IMG/VR virus record: IMGVR_UViG_3300025294_000239
Reading direction: 5' to 3' (one strand)
DNA length: 64,000 nucleotides
DNA from: a virus
Positions 16,566 through 26,587 of this stretch are shown here, in pieces. Below the pieces are notes generated by a model. The model did not search any database, was not told the origin of the DNA, and worked only from the letters and a program-made list of their open reading frames with translations. Positions within the stretch are counted from its first letter, which is position 1; the number at the start of each line of letters is the position of its first letter. The position numbers and the translations under genes are program-made.

Positions 16566-18106
16566 TGAGCAAAGTCCCATTCCAGAACATGGGCGCCGGC
16601 CTGAATTTGGACGGCTTCCCGCATGAGCTGAGTCCGCAGGAATGGTCTGGTGGTGAGAACGTCCGCTTTCGTGACGGATATACCGAAAAGTCCCAGGGCG
16701 ACGCCCAGGTCAATGGAACGTTGCTTGCCGCGCCGTATGGCCTTTTTCCTACGCAGGGCACCAGCGGGCGATATTGGGTGTATGCGGGCCTAGCAAAGCT
16801 CGTGGCTGTGCAGAACACCACGCACACCGATATCACGCGCACCGCAGGGCCATATACGGGCACCGCGGCGGATCGTTGGAATGGAGGCGTCCTCTCCGGC
16901 GTCCTGATCGTGAACAACGGCAAGGACATTCCCCAGTTCTGGGGAGGCAATCCTGCGACCAAAGCCGCGAACCTGACGGCGTGGCCTTCGACGCTTCGCA
17001 CGAAAATCCTGGTTCCGTTCCGCAATTTCGTGTTTGCCCTGAACAACACGGACAACGGAAGCCCGATGCCGTACGGCGTGCGCTGGTCGCACCCCGCCGA
17101 CCCCGGCACCATTCCGTCCTCCTACGACATTGCAGACGCCACGAAGGACGCGGGCCAGTTCGACCTGGCAGACACCAGCGACGTCATCGTCGACGGCGTG
17201 CCGCTTGGGCAAAGCCTGATCGTCTATAAGGAAAACAGCATCTGGCAGCTGGATTACGTGGGTTCGCCGTACATCTGGAGTCAGAAGCCGGTCGACAAGA
17301 CTGTGGGCGCGCTCGGGCAGGGCTGCGTCGTGGCGCACCCAACCGGCCACGCCATCCTTACCCAGGGCGATATCGTTAATTTTGACGGCTCCAGCGTGGC
17401 GTCTATCGCCGACGGGCGCGTGCGCCGCTGGCTGTTCGACAATCTGGATGCCGAGACTTATCAGCGCTGCTTCGCTGTGGCCAACCTGCGCCGCAATGAG
17501 GCCTGGTTCTGCATCCCCAGCACCGGATCGGCGTGGCCCAATACAGCCATCATCTGGAATTGGAAAGAAAACACCTGGGGCATCCGCGACATCGCCCAAG
17601 CGTCGGCGGGTGCATCAGGGACCATCGTCTACGACTTGGGCGATTCCTGGGACGCGGATAACGACCCCTGGGATTCTGACGACACTTCATGGAACCAGTA
17701 CGAATACACGCAGGCCACGCCTCGCGTCATTCTGGCCTCGGCCGTCAATTCGAAGCTGACGCTGATGGACTCGGGCAAGACCTTCAGCGGCACGCCGATG
17801 CCGTGCTACGTCGAGAAGACGGGCATGTCTTTTGACGCTCCGGAGCAAATCAAATACTGCTCGGGCGTTCGCCCCCGCATCGAAGCGCAGTCCGGCACCG
17901 TCATCAACGTGTACGTGGGCGCCCAGGCCGACCTAGAGGACGCCATCGAGTGGTCCGATGCAATCCCCTTCACCGTGGGTGAAGACCTGAAAGCCGATTG
18001 CGAGGTGTCGGGCAGGTATCTGGCGGTGCGTTTCGAGAGCACAGGCGTGGTGTCCTGGCGCATGAAGCAGTTCGACATGGACGTGACAGTGATGGGTGGC
18101 TACTGA
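16565..18106 (+). CDS. Tail nozzle / tubular protein (P22 gp10 / T7 gp12-like)
   Basis: 513 aa, beta-rich; start MSKVPF overlaps preceding TGA. Confidence 0.75.
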   Translation: MSKVPFQNMGAGLNLDGFPHELSPQEWSGGENVRFRDGYTEKSQGDAQVNGTLLAAPYGLFPTQGTSGRYWVYAGLAKLVAVQNTTHTDITRTAGPYTGTAADRWNGGVLSGVLIVNNGKDIPQFWGGNPATKAANLTAWPSTLRTKILVPFRNFVFALNNTDNGSPMPYGVRWSHPADPGTIPSSYDIADATKDAGQFDLADTSDVIVDGVPLGQSLIVYKENSIWQLDYVGSPYIWSQKPVDKTVGALGQGCVVAHPTGHAILTQGDIVNFDGSSVASIADGRVRRWLFDNLDAETYQRCFAVANLRRNEAWFCIPSTGSAWPNTAIIWNWKENTWGIRDIAQASAGASGTIVYDLGDSWDADNDPWDSDDTSWNQYEYTQATPRVILASAVNSKLTLMDSGKTFSGTPMPCYVEKTGMSFDAPEQIKYCSGVRPRIEAQSGTVINVYVGAQADLEDAIEWSDAIPFTVGEDLKADCEVSGRYLAVRFESTGVVSWRMKQFDMDVTVMGGY

Positions 18107-19080
18107 TGGCCTACCAGCCCGGGAACGTGCCGGCGGGGTTCGATCCGCTGTTCTTTCAACAGGAGTTGAACAAGATCCGCGAGGCGATGACTGGGCAAGT
18201 GCCTTTCGCCTATCTGGAGCCGCAGGCCGTCGCCAACCCTAAGCCGCGCGAAGGAATGATCGTGCTGGCCGATGGAACGCACTGGGATCCTGGCTCGGGT
18301 GCTGGATATTACGGCTATCAGGGCGGCGTATGGGTGCCGCTGAGCGGGAAGCGCGATCACGGTCAATGCGTGCTCCGGCTGAGTTCCTCCACCGAGCTGC
18401 GGCTCTATCCGAAGAATGGCAACGGCATCATCGTAGGCGACAAGCAATTCCGCATTCCTCTGGCTGGCGTTCCCTTGGCTGCCACCGGCCTGACCGCGGG
18501 CACTCCCTATTACGCCTTCGCAAAAGACAACGGCAGCGGCGCGCTGGCGCTTGAAGCGGCCGCCGTGGCATCAAGCGGGCACACCACGTACACGAATGGC
18601 GTGGAGATAAAGACGGGGGACCCTTCGCGCACGCTGGTGGGCGCCTTCGTCCCGGGAGCAGGCCCGATCTTCCTTGATTCCACCACACAGCGCCGTGTGG
18701 CGAGCTGGTTCAACGAACGCCCGCGGGCAATGTACGAATACATCAATACCGCCACCGCTTCGGCAACGATGGTGGGTATCGGTGCCGCCTACACCGCTTT
18801 TATGTGGGCTGGAAAGGACGTACTGGATGTGGCTGAAGGCGAAACCAAAAACACAGTCGCGTCGACCGGCAATTACCTAGGAATCTACGTCAATGGCGCG
18901 TCCATCAATACGGCCATCGGCTACACGATGACGACAGCCAATTTCCAATATCCCGCCGGCACTGTCGCACCGTATGCAGTGCCCGCTGATGGCCTCTACA
19001 CATTCCAGATCTTCGCGCGAGTCAACGGCGGCGGTACCGGCACCTTTGAACTCAATCACGCAATGACTCTGCCGGGCTGA
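18106..19080 (+). CDS. Tail protein: short N-terminal virion module fused to a fibre/receptor-binding domain
   Basis: PKPREGMIVLADGTHWDPGSGAGYYGY module, then Gly/Thr beta-rich domain. Confidence 0.7.
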   Translation: MAYQPGNVPAGFDPLFFQQELNKIREAMTGQVPFAYLEPQAVANPKPREGMIVLADGTHWDPGSGAGYYGYQGGVWVPLSGKRDHGQCVLRLSSSTELRLYPKNGNGIIVGDKQFRIPLAGVPLAATGLTAGTPYYAFAKDNGSGALALEAAAVASSGHTTYTNGVEIKTGDPSRTLVGAFVPGAGPIFLDSTTQRRVASWFNERPRAMYEYINTATASATMVGIGAAYTAFMWAGKDVLDVAEGETKNTVASTGNYLGIYVNGASINTAIGYTMTTANFQYPAGTVAPYAVPADGLYTFQIFARVNGGGTGTFELNHAMTLPG

Positions 19081-19085
19081 CAGAT

Positions 19086-20108
19086 ATGGGAAAAATCCTT
19101 GGCCCCACCTTCGGTGATGAGTTGATCGCCGCGGGCGTGCGCGACGGCGTCACATGGGATGAAAACGGTGATCTGACGTTTGCTCCTGACCTGTCGGCGG
19201 CCGACATAGCCAAGGCCCAGCAGGTATATGCGGCCCATGACCCGCGCGGGAGCCTTCTGTATCGGCGGCTAAAGCAAATCGGCATCATAAACACCGCGCG
19301 TGATGGCTTGATCTTCGGCGGTTTCCAGTTCAACGGCTACATCTACCAGTCCGATATCAACAGCCAGGCGCGCATTGCTAACTCGGCGGCGAGCGTGACA
19401 GGCAGCGCGGGCCTGCCGGCCAATTTCACATGGCGCACGATGGGCAACGTGGACGTTCCCATGAGCGAAACCGACATGGTGGCGCTTTCGGCCGCGTTGC
19501 AGAACCACGTCGCCAGCGTCCTGGCCATCTCGCGTAAGCTGAAGGACCAGATCGCGGTATCGGATAACCCGGAATCGATCGCCTGGCCGTCGAACATGTC
19601 GACGCCGGCGGATGAGCCGCTGCTTGGTTCCGTGCAGACCAATGTGCCGAAGGCGGCGAAGCTGGCCGTGACGGCATTGCAACCGGGCGACGTGCCGGCA
19701 CAACCGCAACTGGCCGCCGTCGCCATGTCGGGCAAATACTCTGATCTGTCTGGTACGCCGGTCATTCCCACACTGCCTACGCTCGCGGCGGTCGCCACGT
19801 CGGGGAAATATGCGGACCTCACCGGCAAGCCGACGATCCCGGGCCAGGCCGTACCCATGTCAATCACCGTCACCGCGGCCGGCCTGGGCACGGCCAACCT
19901 GACTGGCTACACGAAGCCGCCGGCCATTGTGCCCATCGCCACCTGGAACGGTGACACGGAATACCTGCCGGAAATCGTGAGCGTCAGCGCAACTCAGATC
20001 ACGGTACGCGCCAAGGTATCGCGCGGCACGCTGCTGCTGTCGGCCGGCCCATTCCAGACCACCACGGCGGCAATCTCCGTTTCTTTCCTGGTCGTCCCGC
20101 AGCCATGA
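19086..20108 (+). CDS. DUF4376-like fibre-associated protein fused to a fibre-like C-terminal half
   Basis: ARDGLIFGGFQFNGYIYQSD..WRTMGNVDVPM..ESIAW, then two LAAVAxSGKYxDLxGxPxIP repeats. Confidence 0.7.
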   Translation: MGKILGPTFGDELIAAGVRDGVTWDENGDLTFAPDLSAADIAKAQQVYAAHDPRGSLLYRRLKQIGIINTARDGLIFGGFQFNGYIYQSDINSQARIANSAASVTGSAGLPANFTWRTMGNVDVPMSETDMVALSAALQNHVASVLAISRKLKDQIAVSDNPESIAWPSNMSTPADEPLLGSVQTNVPKAAKLAVTALQPGDVPAQPQLAAVAMSGKYSDLSGTPVIPTLPTLAAVATSGKYADLTGKPTIPGQAVPMSITVTAAGLGTANLTGYTKPPAIVPIATWNGDTEYLPEIVSVSATQITVRAKVSRGTLLLSAGPFQTTTAAISVSFLVVPQP

Positions 20109-20515
20109 TTCAAATTCAAGGCGTCCCCTCTGCTCGCGCCGCAGAGGTGTGGCCCATCGTGCGCGCGTGGATTGGCGCGGCGTTGGAGCGCGGGCATTCG
20201 CTGGAAAGCACGGACGACGTGCTGGCGAAGATTCAGGCTCAGGAGTACCAGCTCTGGGCAGTCGATCAGGGCGGCCCGGTAGCGGCATTCGTGACGCGTA
20301 TCGCCAGCGGCTCGCTGGGTTCAGCGCTGGTGACCGTGGCGCTTGGCGGTAGGGGCATGGAGCACTGGCTACCGGCCGTCGAGGACGTGATTGCGCGGTT
20401 CGCGCGCGACAAAGGATGTACCCGCATTTATCTGAGCGGCCGGCGAGGCTGGGCGAAGCAACTCCAGCAATTCGGATGGAAGGAAGACACCGTCAACGTT
20501 ATGAAGGAACTGTAA
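20105..20515 (+). CDS. GNAT-like small protein preceding ejection genes
   Basis: LGGRGMEHW..FARDKGCTRIYLSGRRGWAKQL..FGW pattern. Confidence 0.55.
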   Translation: MIQIQGVPSARAAEVWPIVRAWIGAALERGHSLESTDDVLAKIQAQEYQLWAVDQGGPVAAFVTRIASGSLGSALVTVALGGRGMEHWLPAVEDVIARFARDKGCTRIYLSGRRGWAKQLQQFGWKEDTVNVMKEL

Positions 20516-21636
20516 TGGGAAAAGGAAGCAGCGGCGGTGGTAGCCAAACGACCACATCTGAACCCTGGAAGGGCGTTCAACAATATCTGACTGGCAGCGG
20601 CGGCAAAACCACGACCACGCTCAAGCCTGGCGCGGTACCGATTGGGTACGACCAGATCCGCTCCGGAGGTGATTCAGATTACGTGTCGCAGGGGGCACCA
20701 ATTTATGATCCCAGCGACTACATCACCAGCACCACGGGCGGTACGCCGGGTATCTATGGCGAGGCGGCGAATCTCTACCAGAATGGTGGGTGGTCGCCGG
20801 AGATGCAGAGCGTGGTGGATCAGTGGACTTCTTCCCTCGGACAGCGCAGTGGCATTGATCCTTCCTATGCCCAGAGTTTGATGAACACCGGCAATAACCT
20901 GTTGTCCGGCCAAGGTTCGCAGGTGGACCTCGCGGCCGCGCGCGCCTCACAAGGTGCGCTCGATCCCACCGCGGCGCTTCAGCAGATCCTGTCTGGAAAC
21001 GTCGACAACCCCTACCTGAACGACCAAATTTCCGCGCTCGGGAAAGACCTGTCCAGTAACTTCATGGAGAACGTCGCGCCGGGGTTGCGTTCTGGCGCCA
21101 CCGCTGCCGGCGGCTTCGGCGGATCGCGGCAGGGGATTGTCGAGGCACTAGGTGCGAACGGCGTTACGGACGCTCTTTCCACGCAGGCAGCCAACCTTCG
21201 TTCGACTGCCTACGAGAACGCTCAGAACCGCATGCAAACCACCGCGCAGGCGCTGAATGACCAAGCCGGCACCGTGGCGCAGAACAACATCAACAACCGC
21301 TTGAACGCCGCGCAGGTGGGATCGTCGTTGATCGGTGCCGGCGGCACGATGCAGCAGCAGAACGACGCCGCAGCAGACCAGCGCTACCAGCAGATGCTGG
21401 CATTGCTGGGTGCTGGGGATAGCTACAACTGGAGCAACCTGGGCAACTACGCGTCGATCGTGTCGCCTGGAGCCGGGATTGGCGGGAGCAGCACGACCAG
21501 CGGCGGCGGCTCGAATCCCTTGGCCGCAGGCCTCGGGGGCGCCTTGGCTGGCGGTGCAATCGGAAACAGCCTCGGGTATGGCGGGTATGGGGCGGCCGCT
21601 GGCGGCGCGCTCGGACTCCTGAGCGCAAAACTGTGA
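20515..21636 (+). CDS. DNA ejection/internal virion protein 1
   Basis: MGKGSSGGGSQTTTSEPW start; GGFGGSRQGI; Gly-rich hydrophobic C-terminus. Confidence 0.75.
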   Translation: MGKGSSGGGSQTTTSEPWKGVQQYLTGSGGKTTTTLKPGAVPIGYDQIRSGGDSDYVSQGAPIYDPSDYITSTTGGTPGIYGEAANLYQNGGWSPEMQSVVDQWTSSLGQRSGIDPSYAQSLMNTGNNLLSGQGSQVDLAAARASQGALDPTAALQQILSGNVDNPYLNDQISALGKDLSSNFMENVAPGLRSGATAAGGFGGSRQGIVEALGANGVTDALSTQAANLRSTAYENAQNRMQTTAQALNDQAGTVAQNNINNRLNAAQVGSSLIGAGGTMQQQNDAAADQRYQQMLALLGAGDSYNWSNLGNYASIVSPGAGIGGSSTTSGGGSNPLAAGLGGALAGGAIGNSLGYGGYGAAAGGALGLLSAKL

Positions 21637-21643
21637 GGGTGCC

Positions 21644-22228
21644 ATGCTGACCACACTTAACCCCAACACCCTCCAAGCCCTTCAGGCTGCGGGCCAGCAG
21701 GGCGCCGCAAGCACCGCGCAGCGCGTAGCGATGCTTCAGCAGCAGGCGGCAGGACGGCAACAGCAGCAGGCGCAGCAGCGCTCCGGTACTAACGGCCTCG
21801 CAATGAGCTTGCTCGGTGGTGGTGCACCGAAGGCGCCCAGCATGCTTCCCGAAGCCTCTCAATTTTGGAACGGTGCCTCTGCACCGGTCGGAAATCTTGG
21901 ATTCGGTGCTGGGGGAGGCACGCAGCTGGGCATTTCTGCCGCGCCGTCGGTTGGACTTACAGCGCCTACGTCCGGTTTCTGGGCAGGCGCAGGCGGCGCT
22001 GCCGGCGGGCTAGGTGGCCTGGGCGGAACGCTTGCGGCCGCACCCGGCGTCGCCACTGGCGCGGCAACCAGCGGAATCGGCGCCGGCGGCACGCTTGGCG
22101 CCTTTGCGGAGGGTGGTGGTGCTGCTGCGGCTGCACCCGTCGCACCCTGGCTGCTGGGCGGCTTGGCGTTGGCCTCGCTGGGCAACAAGGACCACAACAT
22201 TACCAACCTGTTCGGGTTGTTCAAATAG
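21644..22228 (+). CDS. Gly/Ala/Gln-rich internal virion protein 2
   Basis: Low complexity; C-terminal hydrophobic PWLLGGLALASLG. Confidence 0.6.
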   Translation: MLTTLNPNTLQALQAAGQQGAASTAQRVAMLQQQAAGRQQQQAQQRSGTNGLAMSLLGGGAPKAPSMLPEASQFWNGASAPVGNLGFGAGGGTQLGISAAPSVGLTAPTSGFWAGAGGAAGGLGGLGGTLAAAPGVATGAATSGIGAGGTLGAFAEGGGAAAAAPVAPWLLGGLALASLGNKDHNITNLFGLFK

Positions 22229-22236
22229 GGGCAGAC

Positions 22237-23646
22237 ATGGCATACGACGATCAAGCCGGCCTGCTGCCCGGCGCCGCCGATCAAGGCGGATTCTTTTCCA
22301 ATCTGAACAGCCCAACCAACCAGGGGTTGCTCGCCGCCGGCCTGGCCATACTTTCGCAAGCCAACGGCCCGAACTCGCGCGGCGCCATCGGCGCGGGCGG
22401 CCTGGCTGGGGTGCAGGCGATGCAGGCGGCGCAGCAGAACGCCTATCTCGGCGACTATCGAAAGGCACAGGCAGCGAAACTCACGCAGGACGCGGAGAAG
22501 CAGAGGATGGTGCTCGGCCTGCTGGGCCGCTTGAACGGCGGCGCGCCGGCTGGCGGCGGCTCTGGTGCTGGTGCGCCGCTGGCTGGAGCCGTGCCGGCCG
22601 GTAGCCCGTCCGTGATGCCTGGCGCCGGCGGCGGTGGTGGCGCGCAAGGCTTCCCGCTCAGCCTCAACGACGTGACGGCGTTGAAGCTGGCAGGGGTCGA
22701 CGTCTTCGACCAATACAAGTACGCCAACGACGGAGTCAAGCGCGACGCCGGCGCCTTCTACGACAACCCGGTGAGCGGTAAGCGCGAATACATCCCCAAG
22801 ATCCCGGATGGCATGACGCCGACAGTTGGCCCTAACGGGCAGGTAACGCTGTCGCTCATTCCCGGTTATGCCCAGGGCAATGCAGCTGTGCAGGGATCGC
22901 AGGCGGGCGCCGTGGCCGCGGCCCAATACCCGTACCAGATCGGGCAGAACAGGGACCAGCAGCAGACGGCGGCTAGTCTCGATCTGGTGCCGGTGCCGGA
23001 CGGTAATGGCGGAACTACCATGATGCCCCGCTCGATCGCCGCTTCGGCGTTGGGCGGCGGAGGTGCTGGCAGGTTGGGACGCACGCCCAGCGCCACCGAT
23101 CAGACGTTCGACACCGACGTGGCGAAGGCATCTGCCGACACCTACAACGGCCTCCAGAAGGCGGCCGGCGCGGCCGATGGTCAGATATCCAAGTTGCAGA
23201 AGATCGGCAGCCTATTGGGCGATTTCGACGGCAACAAGTACTCGCCCGCCGGTCTGGAGCTGGCCAAGTTCGGTAAGTCGCTCGGCATCGACATTGGCAG
23301 CAACGTCGGCAACAAGGAGGCGGCGCAGGCCCTAAGCAACGAGTTGGCCCTATCGGCGCGCAGCACGGCGGACGGCGGCGGTATGCCGGGCGCTATGTCG
23401 GACGCGGATCGTCAGTTCCTGGTGAGCCTGAATCCTGGCATGGCAAACAGCGCGGAAGGTCGCAAACAACTGATCGATACGCGGGTGAAGGTGCTGCAAC
23501 GCTCCAAAGATGTTGCGATGTTCGCGCGCAAGTGGCGCCAGCGGTATGGTCGGCTGGACTCCCTGGACCAGAACGGCAGCGACTTCCAGACCGCGCTTTC
23601 CGACTGGAGCGCACAGAATCCGCTGTTCCCCCAGCAGGAGCAATAA
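22237..23646 (+). CDS. DNA ejection/internal virion protein 3
   Basis: Start MAYDDQ after AGGGG SD; GLLAAGLAIL hydrophobic patch; PGAMSDADRQFL. Confidence 0.7.
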   Translation: MAYDDQAGLLPGAADQGGFFSNLNSPTNQGLLAAGLAILSQANGPNSRGAIGAGGLAGVQAMQAAQQNAYLGDYRKAQAAKLTQDAEKQRMVLGLLGRLNGGAPAGGGSGAGAPLAGAVPAGSPSVMPGAGGGGGAQGFPLSLNDVTALKLAGVDVFDQYKYANDGVKRDAGAFYDNPVSGKREYIPKIPDGMTPTVGPNGQVTLSLIPGYAQGNAAVQGSQAGAVAAAQYPYQIGQNRDQQQTAASLDLVPVPDGNGGTTMMPRSIAASALGGGGAGRLGRTPSATDQTFDTDVAKASADTYNGLQKAAGAADGQISKLQKIGSLLGDFDGNKYSPAGLELAKFGKSLGIDIGSNVGNKEAAQALSNELALSARSTADGGGMPGAMSDADRQFLVSLNPGMANSAEGRKQLIDTRVKVLQRSKDVAMFARKWRQRYGRLDSLDQNGSDFQTALSDWSAQNPLFPQQEQ

Positions 23647-26526
23647 ATGGCGAATCCGCAGAGTTTCATCGATCAGTACGGTGGCCTGGCCGATACCGTG
23701 GGCGGGCAGATCGGCGTCGATCCGTCCATCCTGCTCGGGCAGTGGGGCCTGGAAACAGGCTGGGGTAAGTCAGTCATTCCGGGTACCAACAACCTGGGCA
23801 ACATCAAGGGTCCGGGCGTGGCCGCCATCGACAACGCCACCGGCAGCAATGACCAATACCGCGCCTACGCTTCGCCAGACGAGTTTGGGCAGGATTTTGC
23901 GGGCCTGCTGGGGCGCAGGTATGTCGGCGCGTTGAACGCTGGCCAGGACGCCCAGAAGTACGCGACAGCGTTGAAGGCCGGCGGCTACGCCGAAGATCCG
24001 GACTACGCTGCCAAGCTGGTGGCGGCGGCCGACACGGTACGCGGCATGACCGGTGCTCGAGGAGTGCTGAATCGGTTCGCCGGTGCTATCTTCCCGTCCG
24101 CATCGGCGGCCACAACGGACGACATTTTCGGCGGTGCCATCACCGGTACCTCGCGCAGCAACCGCGGCGCAAAAGCGGACGATATCTTCGGCGGTGCGCT
24201 CACCGCGGCGAAGCCTGTCCAGCAGGATCCAAAGTCGATGCTGGGCATGGCCGCGCCTGTTGCGCGTCCCGATCAGCCGCTTTCTGGCGGCAACATCTTC
24301 AACCGGCAGCAGCCCAATGGTGCGCCCGAGGGTACCGGGCAATATGCGACGGATGTTCCTGCGCCGGCCGTCACCCCCGGACCAGTCGGCGACCAGCGGG
24401 CCGCGCCCGTGCCGCAAGGTACCGGCGAACCCCCGGCGCCCCCGCCGGAACGGTCGTTCCTGGACGAGGCAGGCCGGCAGGTTGGCCTCACCGCGCGCTA
24501 CGGCCTGGAGGGCCTGGGCAACACCGCCCAGATCTTCACCGAACCCGTGCGTCGCTTCTTGGTCAATCCAATCTCGCGCGCGTTCGGTGGACCGGACGCG
24601 CAGGCCAGCGGGCAGACCATGACTACCTTGGCCGACACGCTGGGCCTGCCGTCGCCGGAAACGAAGCAAGAGCGCATCGTGGGCGATGTCACGCGCCTGA
24701 TGGCGGGCACGGGCGGCCTGGCCGGCGCTGCCAAGGGCGTGCAGCTGCTTTCCCAGGCTGCCGCGCCTATCGCCACGGCCAGCGCCCCGATCACTGCCGG
24801 AACGGTGGCGGGCAACCTGGCAGCGAATCCTGCCGGCCAGATCGGTGCTGCCATCGGCTCGGGCACCGCCGGCGGCCTGGCGAAGGAGAACGGTGCGAAC
24901 GGCGCGGGCCAGTTCCTGGCGGCGCTTGGCGGCGGCATCCTGGGGGGCGTCGGCACGAACGCCGCCGGCAGCCTGGTGGACGCCGCGCGCAATGCCTGGA
25001 ACCGTGCCACCATCGGCCCGGCCAGCCTTGAGGTGCGCTTCAACAACCTACTGCAGGATGCTGGCGTGAATCCGTCGACGCTGCCCGATGGCGTGGCGCG
25101 GTCGCTGCGCGCTGAGATGGAATCGTCGCTGCGCGCTGGCCGGGAAATGCGGCCTGATGCGGTGCGGCGCTTGGCAGAATTTCGCACGGTGGGCGCGACG
25201 CCGACGCGCGGAACAATCACTCAGGACCCGATCCAGATCACGCGCGAGCAGAACCTGGCGAAGATCGCGGCCAATAGCTCGGACAGCACGCTTTCCGGGC
25301 TGCCGCAGATCCAGAACCAGAATAACGCCACACTGATTCGATACCTGAACAACGCAGGCGCCGGGACTGCGCCGGATGCGGTGGCTACGGGTGAAACGGT
25401 CATGGGTTCGCTGGGCCGGACCCTGGGGGCACAGAAGGACAAGATCGACAGCCTATATGCCGGTGCGCGCGACAGTGCCGGCCGCAGTTTCCCGCTGGAT
25501 GGCGCATCGTTCACCAGCCGCGCCGCGCAGGCGCTGGACGATAACCTGCTGGGGCACGCGCTACCCGACAGCATCCGCACGAAGCTCAACGATATCGCGC
25601 TGGGCAAGGTGCCGTTTACCGTCGATTACGCGGAACAGCTCAAGACGGTGATGGGTAAGCTCCAGCGCGCCACGGCTGACGGCCAAACTCGGATGGCTAT
25701 CGGTGCCGTACGGAGCGCGCTGGACGATACGCCGGTCCTTGGCTTGGGCGAGCAGACGGCGGCGCAGGGCGCGCGGGCCGTGAACCCTGGCAACCTGCCG
25801 GCCATTCCCAACGCCCCCGCATTGGGCGAGGACGCAATCGCCGCATTCAACCAGGCGCGCGCCGCAAACCGATCGATGATGCAGGGAGTCGAAGCCAGTC
25901 CCGCGCTGAAGGCGGTATACGAGGGCACGGCGACGCCGGACCAGTTCATGAATAAGTTCGTGATCGGGAAGGGCGCGACGATCCAGGACGTGGCGAAGCT
26001 GCGAGAGGGCCTGGGAGCCGACCAGGCCGCTGTCAACGCGGTGCGTGGCCATATCGTGGACTGGCTCAAGGGCAGGGCACTGAACGGGGCCTCGGACGAG
26101 GTCGGCAAGTTCAGCTCGTCGGCCTATCGCAAGGCGCTGGACTCCATCGGTGAACGCAAGCTGGCACAGTTCTTCAGTCCTGAGGAAATCACCGGTCTGC
26201 GGTCAGCGGGCCGCGTCGCGGAATACATGCAGGCGCAACCGGTCGGCTCGGCAGTGAACAACAGCAACAGCGGTGCGCTTCTCGCGGGCCGCGGCTACGA
26301 CCTGCTGCGCTCGGTGGCTGGGAAGATTCCTTTCGGGGATGCGGCGCTGCTGTCGCCACTGCGGAACATCGAGGTGTCCATCCGGCAACGCAACGCGCAG
26401 AACATCTTGCCGGGGCTGCTTGCTGAAGGGATGCGGGCGCAGCGGCCCGTGGTGGGCAGCCAGTATCTGCTGCCAGGTGCGGCGGCGCTGGGCCTACTTG
26501 CCGCGCCAACGGTCCCAGGCCGCTAG
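23647..26526 (+). CDS. Large ejection protein with N-terminal glucosaminidase (FlgJ/GH73-like) domain
   Basis: GQWGLETGWG..NNLGNIKG..YRAY..GGYAEDPDYAAKL; 959 aa. Confidence 0.85.
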   Translation: MANPQSFIDQYGGLADTVGGQIGVDPSILLGQWGLETGWGKSVIPGTNNLGNIKGPGVAAIDNATGSNDQYRAYASPDEFGQDFAGLLGRRYVGALNAGQDAQKYATALKAGGYAEDPDYAAKLVAAADTVRGMTGARGVLNRFAGAIFPSASAATTDDIFGGAITGTSRSNRGAKADDIFGGALTAAKPVQQDPKSMLGMAAPVARPDQPLSGGNIFNRQQPNGAPEGTGQYATDVPAPAVTPGPVGDQRAAPVPQGTGEPPAPPPERSFLDEAGRQVGLTARYGLEGLGNTAQIFTEPVRRFLVNPISRAFGGPDAQASGQTMTTLADTLGLPSPETKQERIVGDVTRLMAGTGGLAGAAKGVQLLSQAAAPIATASAPITAGTVAGNLAANPAGQIGAAIGSGTAGGLAKENGANGAGQFLAALGGGILGGVGTNAAGSLVDAARNAWNRATIGPASLEVRFNNLLQDAGVNPSTLPDGVARSLRAEMESSLRAGREMRPDAVRRLAEFRTVGATPTRGTITQDPIQITREQNLAKIAANSSDSTLSGLPQIQNQNNATLIRYLNNAGAGTAPDAVATGETVMGSLGRTLGAQKDKIDSLYAGARDSAGRSFPLDGASFTSRAAQALDDNLLGHALPDSIRTKLNDIALGKVPFTVDYAEQLKTVMGKLQRATADGQTRMAIGAVRSALDDTPVLGLGEQTAAQGARAVNPGNLPAIPNAPALGEDAIAAFNQARAANRSMMQGVEASPALKAVYEGTATPDQFMNKFVIGKGATIQDVAKLREGLGADQAAVNAVRGHIVDWLKGRALNGASDEVGKFSSSAYRKALDSIGERKLAQFFSPEEITGLRSAGRVAEYMQAQPVGSAVNNSNSGALLAGRGYDLLRSVAGKIPFGDAALLSPLRNIEVSIRQRNAQNILPGLLAEGMRAQRPVVGSQYLLPGAAALGLLAAPTVPGR

Positions 26527-26574
26527 GACGACCATGGCGCAGAGCCAGCCTAAAACAGTCGGGTCAATGTTCAT
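26494..26574 (-). CDS. 26-aa antisense membrane peptide MNIDPTVLGWLCAMVVLAAWDRWRGK
   Basis: TATGAT -10 box 6 nt upstream of ATG; single TM plus basic tail. Confidence 0.5.
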   Translation of the reverse strand: MNIDPTVLGWLCAMVVLAAWDRWRGK

Positions 26575-26587
26575 GCCCGGATCATAC

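Noticed and set aside
15390-20108. Diversity-generating retroelement (as in Bordetella BPP-1) or invertible tail-fibre cassette
   Set aside because: No reverse transcriptase, no TR/VR pair differing at adenines, no invertase or flanking inverted sites; only short internal protein repeats (NTKQxAGxY)
20515-23646. Gly-rich stretches as collagen-like repeats or toxins
   Set aside because: No Gly-X-Y periodicity; composition and position fit ejection proteins
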